Below, piece after piece: positions 33,877 to 42,214 of a stretch of 45,752 bases of DNA. The notes beneath the pieces are model-generated. The model had not been told where the DNA came from. It searched no databases and worked only from the letters and a program-made list of their open reading frames with translations. Position 1 is the first letter of the stretch, and the number at the start of each line of letters is the position of its first letter. This DNA is from a virus, in the IMG/VR virus record IMGVR_UViG_3300030613_000004; one strand, 5' to 3'. A program made the translations under genes and the position numbers.

Positions 33877-35525
33877 TGGTAGTCGCACAGCAACTAAAAC
33901 CGGCCCTCTTCTGGACTTGGACCACTGCCCAGCGCGCCGCGCAAGAGAACGTGCCCCAAGGTCTGACGATCCGCAACTCAGACACGAACACGCTCCAGTA
34001 TTACGACGGCCTTACATGGTACGACTTGGAGGTCAGAACCAACCTGGTCGCAACAGTGGCACCGACGGTGACTGACGATAACAGTTGGGAAAGGAACTAC
34101 AGCCCTGGTTCAGTCTGGGTCGATGTAACGGCAGACAAAGCCTACATCTGCGTGGACGCGACGGAGGGCGCGGCGGTCTGGCGCGAGGTAGACGTGGTGG
34201 CGCATGAGGCGGCTGCCGATCCGCATACCGGCTACCAGAAGAAATCGGAGAAGGACGCGGCCAGCGGCTACGCGGGCCTTACGGCGGGCACCAAGCTTAA
34301 TCTTGCCCAGATGCAGGAGGTCATGGCCTACGCGGACCTGACGGATCAAGCCGATGCATCCGGTGTTACCTACACTCCCGCCGTCGCTACAGACTGGGAC
34401 GGCGACGCCGACCCTGGCGACCTAGACGACGCGCTCAATCAACTTGCCGAGCGAACAGACGACCTAGAGGCCGCACCGCCAGCGCATGTCCATGATGCCG
34501 CCGACGTGACCTATACCCCTGCCGTTCTTACTGACTGGGATGGTGATGCTGACCCTGGAGACGCTGACAATGCCCTAGATCAGTTGGCTGAGCGAGTAGA
34601 CGATCTTGAAGGTGGGGCGGGCCATGCCGCTGTCACCCTTGCGGCGGACGCTGAGACCGTCCTGAACCTGTCTACCCAGGAGATAGGGCTGGTGGCTAAG
34701 GGCGCCAACACCATCTTCGCTGGGCCTGTCAACGGTGCCGACGCCGACCCCGCGTTCCGATCCCTCGTCGCTGCCGACATCCCCGACGTGAGCGCCACCT
34801 ACGTCCCCAAGGCTCTCTTCGACGCCCAATCCATCCTCGCTGCCACCGCCGACAACACCCCCGCTGCCGTTACCGTGGCCGAGCAGACCGTCGTAGCCAG
34901 ACTCACGGGAGGGAACATAGACGACGTTGCCATCGGCATTGCTGACGATAACATCCTCCAGGTGGATCAGTATGACGCTGCCGACAACGACTACGCCAAG
35001 TTCACGGCGGCCGGGCTAGAGGGCCGCTCCTACGCGGAGGTCAAGGCTGACCTGGACCTAGAGGCAGGCACCGACTTCCCCGCGCTGGCCACCTTCAATG
35101 ATCACTCGGCCCGCCACGAGGACGGTGGCGCCGACGAGATTAGCCTGACCGGCCTCGTGGGAGAACTGCGTTACCTCTTCTTCCACATAGACGGTGGCGG
35201 CGCAGAGATCGCGGACGGCATCGCAGCCGAGATCGGCGATATGCCCGCCTGTACCGTCGAAGGCTGGACGCTCGTGGGCAGTCCTTCCGGTTCGCTTGTC
35301 TTGGATTTGTGGTCGGACAGCTACGCCAATCACCCCCCGACCGTGGCCGACACCATGATCGCCACCGGCACCAAGCCTACGATCTCGGCTTCCACCAAGG
35401 GCCAGGATTTGACCGTGGACTGGGCCGACGTGACCATAGCGGCGGGGGCCACGCTGACGATCAACGTGGACTCTGCGACTACGATCGAGAAGGCCACGCT
35501 GACCTTAAGGTTGAGGATGACATGA
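33876..35525 (+). CDS. tail fibre-like protein
   Basis: 549 aa. ADPHTGY motif. Internal duplication VTYTPAV.TDWDGDADPGD.D.AL.QLAER.DDLE. Confidence 0.7.
   Translation: MVVAQQLKPALFWTWTTAQRAAQENVPQGLTIRNSDTNTLQYYDGLTWYDLEVRTNLVATVAPTVTDDNSWERNYSPGSVWVDVTADKAYICVDATEGAAVWREVDVVAHEAAADPHTGYQKKSEKDAASGYAGLTAGTKLNLAQMQEVMAYADLTDQADASGVTYTPAVATDWDGDADPGDLDDALNQLAERTDDLEAAPPAHVHDAADVTYTPAVLTDWDGDADPGDADNALDQLAERVDDLEGGAGHAAVTLAADAETVLNLSTQEIGLVAKGANTIFAGPVNGADADPAFRSLVAADIPDVSATYVPKALFDAQSILAATADNTPAAVTVAEQTVVARLTGGNIDDVAIGIADDNILQVDQYDAADNDYAKFTAAGLEGRSYAEVKADLDLEAGTDFPALATFNDHSARHEDGGADEISLTGLVGELRYLFFHIDGGGAEIADGIAAEIGDMPACTVEGWTLVGSPSGSLVLDLWSDSYANHPPTVADTMIATGTKPTISASTKGQDLTVDWADVTIAAGATLTINVDSATTIEKATLTLRLRMT
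34365..34610 (+). repeat. Two ~105-nt imperfect direct repeats, 141-nt period, in frame
   Basis: 34365-34469 versus 34506-34610 encode near-identical 35-aa blocks. Confidence 0.85.
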
Positions 35526-36001
35526 GCATCCGTCTAGCTACCGCCGCTGACATCCCCACTCTCCGCACACTCTACGCCGAGCGCCATGCTGAGCGCGTGG
35601 CGGAATGGGGACCGGAGCTGGACATCGACGGTCTACGCGCCGCCTGGGAGGCTGGCATCCTCCATGTCTACGTCGTTGAATTGGCTGGCATCATCCGTGG
35701 GGCGCTGGTCTGGGCACGCCATGAGGGTGCAGGCTGGCAGTGGATTACCGCCTGGTGGAGGGCTGCCTACACCGCCAACCAGATAAAGCAGCGGGGTGCT
35801 GAGGCGGTGCGCGACCTGGCTTCCCGGGTGCCGCCTGAAACCGAGATTTGGGGCAGCGCTCCTGCCGGAACCTTCTGGGCCACATTCTTTGATGCGGCAG
35901 CCCAGCGCATGGGGGGCTGGCAGATTCGGCGGCGCATGGGTGCTGACGACCGCGAGTGGGTCACCTACCGCACCACAGCGGGGAACATGGCGGGGCTCTG
36001 A
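35522..36001 (+). CDS. hypothetical protein (weak GNAT-like N-terminus)
   Basis: ATG 35522 overlaps the fibre stop. MSIRLATAADIPTLRTLY resembles the first strand and helix of GNAT acetyltransferases. No clear acetyl-CoA motif. Confidence 0.45.
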   Translation: MSIRLATAADIPTLRTLYAERHAERVAEWGPELDIDGLRAAWEAGILHVYVVELAGIIRGALVWARHEGAGWQWITAWWRAAYTANQIKQRGAEAVRDLASRVPPETEIWGSAPAGTFWATFFDAAAQRMGGWQIRRRMGADDREWVTYRTTAGNMAGL

Positions 36002-37212
36002 TGGCTGTTCTAGGCTTCCTCGACGCCATAGCCCAGGATGACAGGGAACAGCTCAGCACGGACATAACCACGCAGTCCAGCGAATACTGCTTCCGCATCA
36101 ACGACGAAGAGAGCGTGCCGTGCCTACCGGAGGAGTTTACCCTCGGCGTAGGCGATACTGCCTGGTGGTTCTGGCGCATGTACATCACCACGTGGTCGTC
36201 CATGACCGTTGATTTTGGCAACATCGTCGCATGGGCGAATGGGGCTCGTAATGGAGCAATCTTAACCAATCCCCGCTGCCTCCTCGTACTAGACGAGGAC
36301 CGCTATGCAAGGCTCTGGGGCGACGACAACAATGGTGGCGGTAACTATTCCACCGAGTCCTACCAGATACCCACCGGCACCTGGAGCGACTACTGCATGG
36401 AGCTAACGGTCGATTCCTCCACCCAGATGACGGGCAAACTGTACGTCTGGGAGGCTGGTGCGTGGGTACAGAAGCTCAGTGCCGTTTGCACTAATGCGGG
36501 CGGGCTTGGCACCCTCACCTTCAAGTCCTTCCTTACAGGGCTCAACCTCAGTGGCACGGGACTGCCGAAGGGCGCAACGGTCCTGATGTACACACGGGCG
36601 ATGAAGGTCCACGACTCATCCGGTTCCGGCGCAGGCGCAGCAATGCCCACCACTACCAGCCTCTTCCACGCGGCTTTGCCCAATGCGGACCCTGAAGAGG
36701 CTGAATGGCTGACGCAGGCCGCAGGTACGGGCACCTACACGACGGTTGACGACGCCCTGGGGACAGTCATAACCACCCGCGACGACGACTACAACGAGAG
36801 CACGTCTACGACCCTGGAGAAGGACCAGGCATATGGGTTCCCCGCTGGCCCCTCACCCGCCACGCCCCTAGCCGTAAGCTTCTGTGTAGATGGGATAAGC
36901 ACCGAGAGCGCAGCCGCTACTAAGAGCGTTGTGTTGGACGACGGCACCGAGTCGGAGAAGGATGTTTCCTTTGGCGTGGCAGGCTTCCCCGTAGGTACAT
37001 TAATCAACTTCAGCGGCCGTCGCATCTGGACAGCCATGCCCGGCGGTGGGGCCTTCACTGCGGGGAACATCACCAGCGCCAACTTCAAGGCGCGTCATGA
37101 GGCGGCCGGGTCTGCCTGGAACTGGCAGAACTACTCGGCGATACGGGTGATCTACTACGAGCCGAGCGCGCCACCAGCAGGTGGCGCACGGTCACAGGTG
37201 ATTATGATCTAG
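36001..37212 (+). CDS. tail/fibre-module protein (403 aa)
   Basis: ATG overlaps the upstream TGA. Beta-rich. Confidence 0.6.
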   Translation: MAVLGFLDAIAQDDREQLSTDITTQSSEYCFRINDEESVPCLPEEFTLGVGDTAWWFWRMYITTWSSMTVDFGNIVAWANGARNGAILTNPRCLLVLDEDRYARLWGDDNNGGGNYSTESYQIPTGTWSDYCMELTVDSSTQMTGKLYVWEAGAWVQKLSAVCTNAGGLGTLTFKSFLTGLNLSGTGLPKGATVLMYTRAMKVHDSSGSGAGAAMPTTTSLFHAALPNADPEEAEWLTQAAGTGTYTTVDDALGTVITTRDDDYNESTSTTLEKDQAYGFPAGPSPATPLAVSFCVDGISTESAAATKSVVLDDGTESEKDVSFGVAGFPVGTLINFSGRRIWTAMPGGGAFTAGNITSANFKARHEAAGSAWNWQNYSAIRVIYYEPSAPPAGGARSQVIMI

Positions 37213-37234
37213 CCTGATGGGAGGGTAACGTGAG

Positions 37235-37558
37235 GTGACGACCGAAGACGAAAGTAGTTTCGAGGCGCTACGGCATTTCCGAGCCCTCTCCGGCGACGAG
37301 AAGATTGAGTGTTTGTTCATGGACCTCCAGGACATCAAGAAGAGTGGCGCTGCCACGGCTACGCACCTGGGTATCCTGAACGGTACCACGAGCGGAACCG
37401 CCGCTTTGATCAATACCCATCTGGCGCTACACAAGACTTGGGCTGATCAGACTGCGGGCGTGAGCATATTCGGTTCCAATGTCCAGCGGGCGATAGTGGC
37501 AGCCTCAGCGGCAATTGCCCTGGCCCTAGCCATCTTCAATATACTGGAGCATCTGTGA
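37235..37558 (+). CDS. C-terminally membrane-anchored protein (lysis-cassette candidate)
   Basis: GTG start. C-terminal AIVAASAAIALALAIFNIL. Confidence 0.45.
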   Translation: MTTEDESSFEALRHFRALSGDEKIECLFMDLQDIKKSGAATATHLGILNGTTSGTAALINTHLALHKTWADQTAGVSIFGSNVQRAIVAASAAIALALAIFNILEHL

Positions 37559-37764
37559 TGCTTTCTACGACTGTCTTTCGAGTCGGCTGGGGCGTTCTCT
37601 TCGTCGCCATTGCACTCTGGGAGATACTGGCCCTGCGCCACGCTGGGGGTGGTGATGAACTTACCTCGCAGATCAGGTGGATCGTCAGTCACCCTTGGGC
37701 CTGGTGGGCAGGCGCAGGCGTCGCCATCTGGGCCTTCTTCCATCTGTTCTTCGGGTGGCGCTGA
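37555..37764 (+). CDS. holin-like small membrane protein (two TM helices)
   Basis: 69 aa. Hydrophobic stretches GWGVLFVAIALWEILAL and WAWWAGAGVAIWAFFHLFF. Upstream of the endolysin. Confidence 0.55.
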   Translation: MMLSTTVFRVGWGVLFVAIALWEILALRHAGGGDELTSQIRWIVSHPWAWWAGAGVAIWAFFHLFFGWR

Positions 37765-37965
37765 GCGGTGTGTCCTGCCGCACTGGAGCACCAGCCTGAG
37801 CCGCGACAATCCGTTCACGCCGGTAGGCTGGGGACGGTTCTGTGATGAGTGGAAGTGGCTGATGAGAAGAAGGGAGAGCGAGCGTGTGCTACCTCAGGAT
37901 CACGAAGGCTAGCCCCGCCATCTGGCGCTGGAGCTGGGGCGTGATGCCGGTGCTCAAGGTGAAGC

Positions 37966-38787
37966 GTGCTAGGGCTTGACGCTTCATTCGCCACGATTAA
38001 TCAGGCGACTTTCACACGGATGAAGGGTCTGGGCTACGGCATCTTCATCGAGGATTGCTGGACTGGGGGCTACGCTAACAACCCCAGCCTCCGCGCCGTG
38101 GCCGAACCCAACCTACGGAATGCCCAGGCAGCGGGCCTCATCATCGCCATCTACTCGAATGCGAATCCTTGGTATGACGTCCAAACGTCAGTCAGGGAGA
38201 CGAAGGCCAACGCCGGCGGTATGTGGGATGCGGTCAAGGTCGTGGCGGTGGACCTGGAGATCGCGGGGACGACGGAGCAACAGGCGTTCGACCTGGGGCT
38301 GGCCTTTGAGGCTGAGGGCAAGAAGGTCTGCGTCTACACGGCCCGCTGGGTCCACGACAGAGACGGCAATCCGCCCTGGACTCGGCTGGCTCGATGGCCT
38401 CTTTGGGTGTGCCAGGCCGACAAGAAGCCCGACATCGGGACGACCCGCCCGGTCGCATCCTGGTCAGCAACTCAGATTATAGGCAAGCAGTTCGACACGG
38501 ACACCGGTTTGTTCGGCAAGGCCGTAGACCTCAACATGTTTGAGGAAAGTTTCTTCGAGGAGGAAGACATGAACGAGACCCAACTGACCGCTATCCTGGC
38601 CGTGTTCAATGTCCTGGCGACCCCGCGTTCTGCGGGCCAGCCCCTTGACAGCTACTTCGACCCGCTGCCCGACGAGACGTGGGCCGCTGCCTGGCGCTGG
38701 CTGGGTGCGCCTACGCCGCCGCCGCAGCCCTCTATTGGTAGCGGGCGCAGATGGCTTGGACTCATTGCTGGGGATTTCAGGCGGTGA
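37966..38787 (+). CDS. endolysin, GH25-like muramidase
   Basis: GLDASF..IN...F..MKGLGYGIFIE, VAVDLEIAG (D-x-E), PLWVCQ, W..TQIIGKQFD....GKAVDLNMF fit the GH25 pattern. Confidence 0.65.
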   Translation: MLGLDASFATINQATFTRMKGLGYGIFIEDCWTGGYANNPSLRAVAEPNLRNAQAAGLIIAIYSNANPWYDVQTSVRETKANAGGMWDAVKVVAVDLEIAGTTEQQAFDLGLAFEAEGKKVCVYTARWVHDRDGNPPWTRLARWPLWVCQADKKPDIGTTRPVASWSATQIIGKQFDTDTGLFGKAVDLNMFEESFFEEEDMNETQLTAILAVFNVLATPRSAGQPLDSYFDPLPDETWAAAWRWLGAPTPPPQPSIGSGRRWLGLIAGDFRR

Positions 38788-39105
38788 GCGGGGAACCGCC
38801 CCATCGAAGTCCCTTTTCCCGGCTTATGGTTTGGGCCAGACCGAAAGATAAGGGTCCTAGGCCCGTGGCCGGAGCGCATCCGCCTGAGGAACAGCCAGAC
38901 CAGGGAGGTCAGCCCCATCTACGTAAGGGCTGGGTCCTCGCGGTCGCCCTTCCCTGCGGCGGGCTCGTCCTCTGTGAGCCGTGGTGGGTTCTTAGGCCGG
39001 GCGCTGCGCCGGTTGTGGAGTTCGAAGCGATAGGCGGGTTTCAGAACTAATCGCTTACCTAATAGGAGAATCGCCATACCTGAAGTAAGCTGCATCTATT
39101 CCCTC

Positions 39106-39134
39106 TTGACAGCGTTTGCCGCAAGTGCCACAAT
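39106..39134 (+). promoter_or_regulatory. Early promoter-like element
   Basis: TTGACA (39106-39111), 17 nt, CACAAT (39129-39134). ATG 39144 is only 9 nt downstream and has no SD. Confidence 0.5.
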
Positions 39135-39143
39135 CACACCGTT

Positions 39144-39479
39144 ATGCGGACGGTTAGAATCGGTGAAGTCGCCAGGGCACTCGGCCTGTCGGATGAGACG
39201 GTACGGCGGGCGGTCAAGCGCGGCGACTTCCTAGAGCCGTACAGAACCCCCGGAGGTCAAGTCTTCTGGGACTGGGAACGGTTAGAGCCGTGGCTCACTG
39301 AGCACGGCTACCCCTTCCACCCTCAGATGTCCCCGCCACACGCAATGGCCGCTGGGCATTGCAATCCATCGAATCAATCGTCCGGCGCGCCGAGTGGCTT
39401 GTCGAAGAATACGGCTTCGGCTCGGCGACGCTCTTCCAGAGGAGACTCAGAGTCAACAAGGCATTCGCCGAGTTCTTAG
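39144..39479 (+). CDS. excisionase/MerR-type HTH protein; only the first ~55 codons look genuinely coding in this frame
   Basis: MRTVRIGEVARALGLSDETVRRAVKRGDFLEPYRTPGGQVFWDWERLEPWL fits the HTH_17/Xis pattern. The Ser/Arg/Pro-rich tail overlaps a better-looking frame. Confidence 0.6.
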   Translation: MRTVRIGEVARALGLSDETVRRAVKRGDFLEPYRTPGGQVFWDWERLEPWLTEHGYPFHPQMSPPHAMAAGHCNPSNQSSGAPSGLSKNTASARRRSSRGDSESTRHSPSS

Positions 39480-39544
39480 TAGAGGAGTTGACGAATGGCG
39501 GAATCTTGCCGCGAACCCCACCGCGATGGCAAGAACCGAAATGA
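39359..39544 (+). CDS. FtsK-gamma-like winged-helix protein (TTG start, or fused to the upstream HTH)
   Basis: AEWLVEEYGFGSATLFQRRLRVNKAFAEFLVEELTNGGIL aligns by eye with E. coli FtsK gamma [40 protein letters not shown]. Confidence 0.55.
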   Translation: MQSIESIVRRAEWLVEEYGFGSATLFQRRLRVNKAFAEFLVEELTNGGILPRTPPRWQEPK

Positions 39545-39557
39545 CCGAACGGGCTAC

Positions 39558-39586
39558 TTGACAGAACATATAAAGTGTCCTGTTAC
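39558..39586 (+). promoter_or_regulatory. Weaker promoter-like element
   Basis: TTGACA (39558-39563), 17 nt, TGTTAC. The -10 is poor. Confidence 0.3.
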
Positions 39587-39763
39587 TAGCCAATCGCGGA
39601 CTAGTCTTTCTGGTATGAGTCCACCGTCGCGGGACAGCCTGGAAGGTGGGGCCAAGCTATCCCTGCAGGCGGTGGGCTCTTGTTGTGCCCCGCCCGTCGC
39701 CGTCTCCGGTTCTGGCGTAGTGTCCCAGGACCGGGGCGGCGGCACTACTTCTAGGAGCACGTA

Positions 39764-39958
39764 ATGAGCCCGCGCCTTCCACCAGAAGCCAAACGCCGCG
39801 TCTCGCTGACGCTCCTGAGGAACTACATCAATCGTGAGTGGCGACCAGGAACGTACGGACACAGCGTCGCCCAGAGGATATTGCGGGAGGCCGAGCAAAT
39901 AGCACGGGATGAAGAGAAGGCCGAGATTCTGGTTCTTCAGCAGAGGTTTCTCCCATGA
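39764..39958 (+). CDS. hypothetical protein
   Basis: TAGGAG precedes the ATG. Confidence 0.5.
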   Translation: MSPRLPPEAKRRVSLTLLRNYINREWRPGTYGHSVAQRILREAEQIARDEEKAEILVLQQRFLP

Positions 39959-40173
39959 CCCCGCGTGAGCCCGCCTACCGCCGCGCCGTTATCCGCTACG
40001 AATACTGCGGCCATTGGTGGGAAAGCGACTGCAACACCTGGTGGGAAACACCACCCGCCGGCGCTGTCGTCTCCCACGTCCTGGCGGACTGTACGCGCTG
40101 CCGGAAGGCGAAGGGCGAGGACAAGCACGGGCGGCTGCCGGACTTCGATTGGGGGGACTTCTCATGGCTGTAA
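39955..40173 (+). CDS. hypothetical Cys/Trp-rich protein
   Basis: ATGA overlap with the upstream gene. Confidence 0.5.
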   Translation: MTPREPAYRRAVIRYEYCGHWWESDCNTWWETPPAGAVVSHVLADCTRCRKAKGEDKHGRLPDFDWGDFSWL

Positions 40174-40478
40174 ACGAGACAACACCGGGACCGTGGACAG
40201 TTAAAGGGCCATCTCCAGGAGGATCGGATATCGACGATGGCGGAGACTACGCCATTCTAGATGAAGAACGGGCCATCCTCGCCGAAGTCTACCGGAAGGT
40301 TGCACGGAGCGGCGAGCGCCCTGCTGAGGCCAACGCCCACCTGATTGCCGCCGCCCCCAAGCTCCTCGCTGCGCTGAAGGCGCTCGTGCCACTGGCTGAA
40401 GCGGCATGGAGGTTGCTGCCCGACAGACGACCTCTTCTGGCGCAGGCCCGCGAGGCCATCAGGGAAGCAACCTCATGA
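40164..40478 (+). CDS. hypothetical protein
   Basis: GGGGGGA lies 6 nt before the ATG. The ANAHLIAAAPKLLAALKAL block recurs in many phage proteins of unknown function. Confidence 0.55.
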   Translation: MAVNETTPGPWTVKGPSPGGSDIDDGGDYAILDEERAILAEVYRKVARSGERPAEANAHLIAAAPKLLAALKALVPLAEAAWRLLPDRRPLLAQAREAIREATS

Positions 40479-40693
40479 CTGTCCTCTACCCGCCCCTGCC
40501 TGGTAGCGTCTCTGTGGGTCCCCGCCTCCAGAGGGCGCTACCAGGTATGCGGGCGGTTCGCCAGTGGCTACCGTGTCCGCGCTGTATCGGCGGGCAGATG
40601 GTAGAGCAGTGGGATGAGGCGGTCTGCCTTCAGTGTGGCTATCGACCGGTGACCTTGAAGAGACTCCCATACACGAGGGCGAAGTGGCAATAG
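40475..40693 (+). CDS. zinc-ribbon-like protein
   Basis: CPRC...CLQC. ATGA overlap. Confidence 0.5.
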   Translation: MTVLYPPLPGSVSVGPRLQRALPGMRAVRQWLPCPRCIGGQMVEQWDEAVCLQCGYRPVTLKRLPYTRAKWQ

Positions 40694-40701
40694 GAGGAAG
40701 C

Positions 40702-40890
40702 ATGAGTGAACTAGAGCGCCGCAAGTTGCTGGTAGACAAGTGGCTAATCCACGCTGAAGAAGCGGGCCACAACCTTGAGACAGCCCGACACGACGGCAAT
40801 CTTGCATGCACGTACATCATGTGTTGCGTCAAGGGCTGCAAGTGGGCGCACAGCCTGGCGCTGGAGAAGATGACGAAGGGGGAGTCATGA
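40702..40890 (+). CDS. hypothetical protein
   Basis: AGGAGGAAGC precedes the ATG. Confidence 0.5.
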   Translation: MSELERRKLLVDKWLIHAEEAGHNLETARHDGNLACTYIMCCVKGCKWAHSLALEKMTKGES

Positions 40891-41045
40891 GCAAGCAAGA
40901 TAACTACTGGCTGACCGTGGCCGGCCTGCTGGGCGTAGGCGCGTTCCTGTCGTTCCTGGCAGGGGAGCCCTGGCTGGGCGGGCTGGCGGGCGGGCTGGGG
41001 CTGGTGATGGTGGTGACGCCGGTGCCGGAGTGGTTCGATGGGTAG
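40887..41045 (+). CDS. 52-aa membrane protein
   Basis: ATGA overlap. Hydrophobic stretches WLTVAGLLGVGAFLSFLAG and GGLAGGLGLVMVV. Confidence 0.45.
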   Translation: MSKQDNYWLTVAGLLGVGAFLSFLAGEPWLGGLAGGLGLVMVVTPVPEWFDG

Positions 41046-41598
41046 AGTAGCAAAAGCCCAGGAGAAACTCACGGATAGGATTAACCGGTATGTGCAGCGA
41101 TGGGGTCTTGCGCCTGGCCGCGATGAGATGAACCTCTGGGAGTTGAAGGCCCTATGGGAACTCGCTAAACAAGAGGAGCAGGACCTCGCCCAGGAGCAAC
41201 TGGCGAACGCGGCCAACACCACCAGCCTCACCTGGCTCAGGGCCGTCATCATGCACTGGCACAACACAGGCGACGTACGGGGGCCGCTGCCAGAGACAGA
41301 GGAATACTTCATCGGGGCGACGGGCCCGGTGTACATGCATGGCGAGCGGGTGGCGCTGTACCCCGATGGCCCACCGCAGGTTGGGTACGCTGCCCGAGTA
41401 GCCAGCATTCAGGGCAGGATGGCTGAGGCGACCGAGGCCGAGATAGATGAAGCATTAGCCGGGGGCACGCAAACTGCAACACTCGGAGATTGCCGTGAGC
41501 CCTTCTCAGACCGCTACGACGCCGCGCACCCGGAAGAGGAGCACGACGGCGGGCTGGGAAGCGGCGACTGGATGGGGCCGTGGGAGGACAGGCGATGA
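41038..41598 (+). CDS. hypothetical protein
   Basis: 186-aa ORF overlapping its neighbours by a few nt. Confidence 0.55.
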   Translation: MGRVAKAQEKLTDRINRYVQRWGLAPGRDEMNLWELKALWELAKQEEQDLAQEQLANAANTTSLTWLRAVIMHWHNTGDVRGPLPETEEYFIGATGPVYMHGERVALYPDGPPQVGYAARVASIQGRMAEATEAEIDEALAGGTQTATLGDCREPFSDRYDAAHPEEEHDGGLGSGDWMGPWEDRR

Positions 41599-41795
41599 GC
41601 GAGCCTAAGCCTGAGTACGAAGTCGGCGAGACGCCAAGGACCTGGGCCAAGGTCACGAAGTCCAGCAGCAAGGATGGGAGTTTCGGCTTTGAATACGGGT
41701 GCAGTAACCCATCGGCGGACGCTGAGGGCATGGCGGCCACGCTGGAGAAGCTGAGGCGGGCCGTGAGGGCTGAACTGAAAGAGTGGCAAGGATGA
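41595..41795 (+). CDS. hypothetical protein
   Basis: ATGA overlaps. Confidence 0.5.
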   Translation: MSEPKPEYEVGETPRTWAKVTKSSSKDGSFGFEYGCSNPSADAEGMAATLEKLRRAVRAELKEWQG

Positions 41796-42214
41796 CTGAT
41801 GTACGCGGAGAATACCCCTTCCAGATTTCCTACGAGGACGCCCGCCTGCCCCGTTCCTTAGTCGTGCTCCGTGCCGAGACGGCTGAGGAGTTGGGCAAGC
41901 AACTGGTGGACGTGCAGGGAATCCTTGAGGAAGTCCTGAGCATCGGCAATGAACCGGCTGAGGAGTCGGCCCAAGAGGTCGTTCCCCCACCAGCCAACCC
42001 CGCATTCGTGAAGCCTGCCGCAGCCAACCGGCCCATCGCCGCGCTGCCTCCAGAGGCACTACAGGCCCTTCTCACGCAGAAGCGGCCGCTGTGCGCTTGT
42101 GCTGACAAATGGTGGGATAACAGGGCGACGAAGACGAAGGCGACGCAGCCTGATTTCAAATGCACCAAGTGCAACATGGGCATCTGGCTGACACCGCTGA
42201 AGAGTGAAGCGTGA
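41792..42214 (+). CDS. protein with a C-terminal zinc ribbon
   Basis: CACADKWWDNR...QPDFKCTKCNMGIW. Confidence 0.55.
   Translation: MTDVRGEYPFQISYEDARLPRSLVVLRAETAEELGKQLVDVQGILEEVLSIGNEPAEESAQEVVPPPANPAFVKPAAANRPIAALPPEALQALLTQKRPLCACADKWWDNRATKTKATQPDFKCTKCNMGIWLTPLKSEA

Noticed and set aside
38780-38820. GGCGG-11 nt-CCGCC hairpin followed at a distance by CTTTT as the endolysin terminator.
   Set aside because: It is a 5-bp stem with a large loop, and the T-run is short and 10+ nt away. It is too weak to call. I found no convincing intrinsic terminators elsewhere.
38788-39143. Candidate small genes after the endolysin: 38826..39050 + (74 aa with one hydrophobic segment, possibly spanin-like) and 38919..39095 - (58 aa, AGAGGGAA RBS, divergent from the early promoter).
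   Set aside because: They are mutually exclusive, overlapping models. Neither has a recognisable motif, and the plus-strand one lacks an SD. The region is left unannotated.
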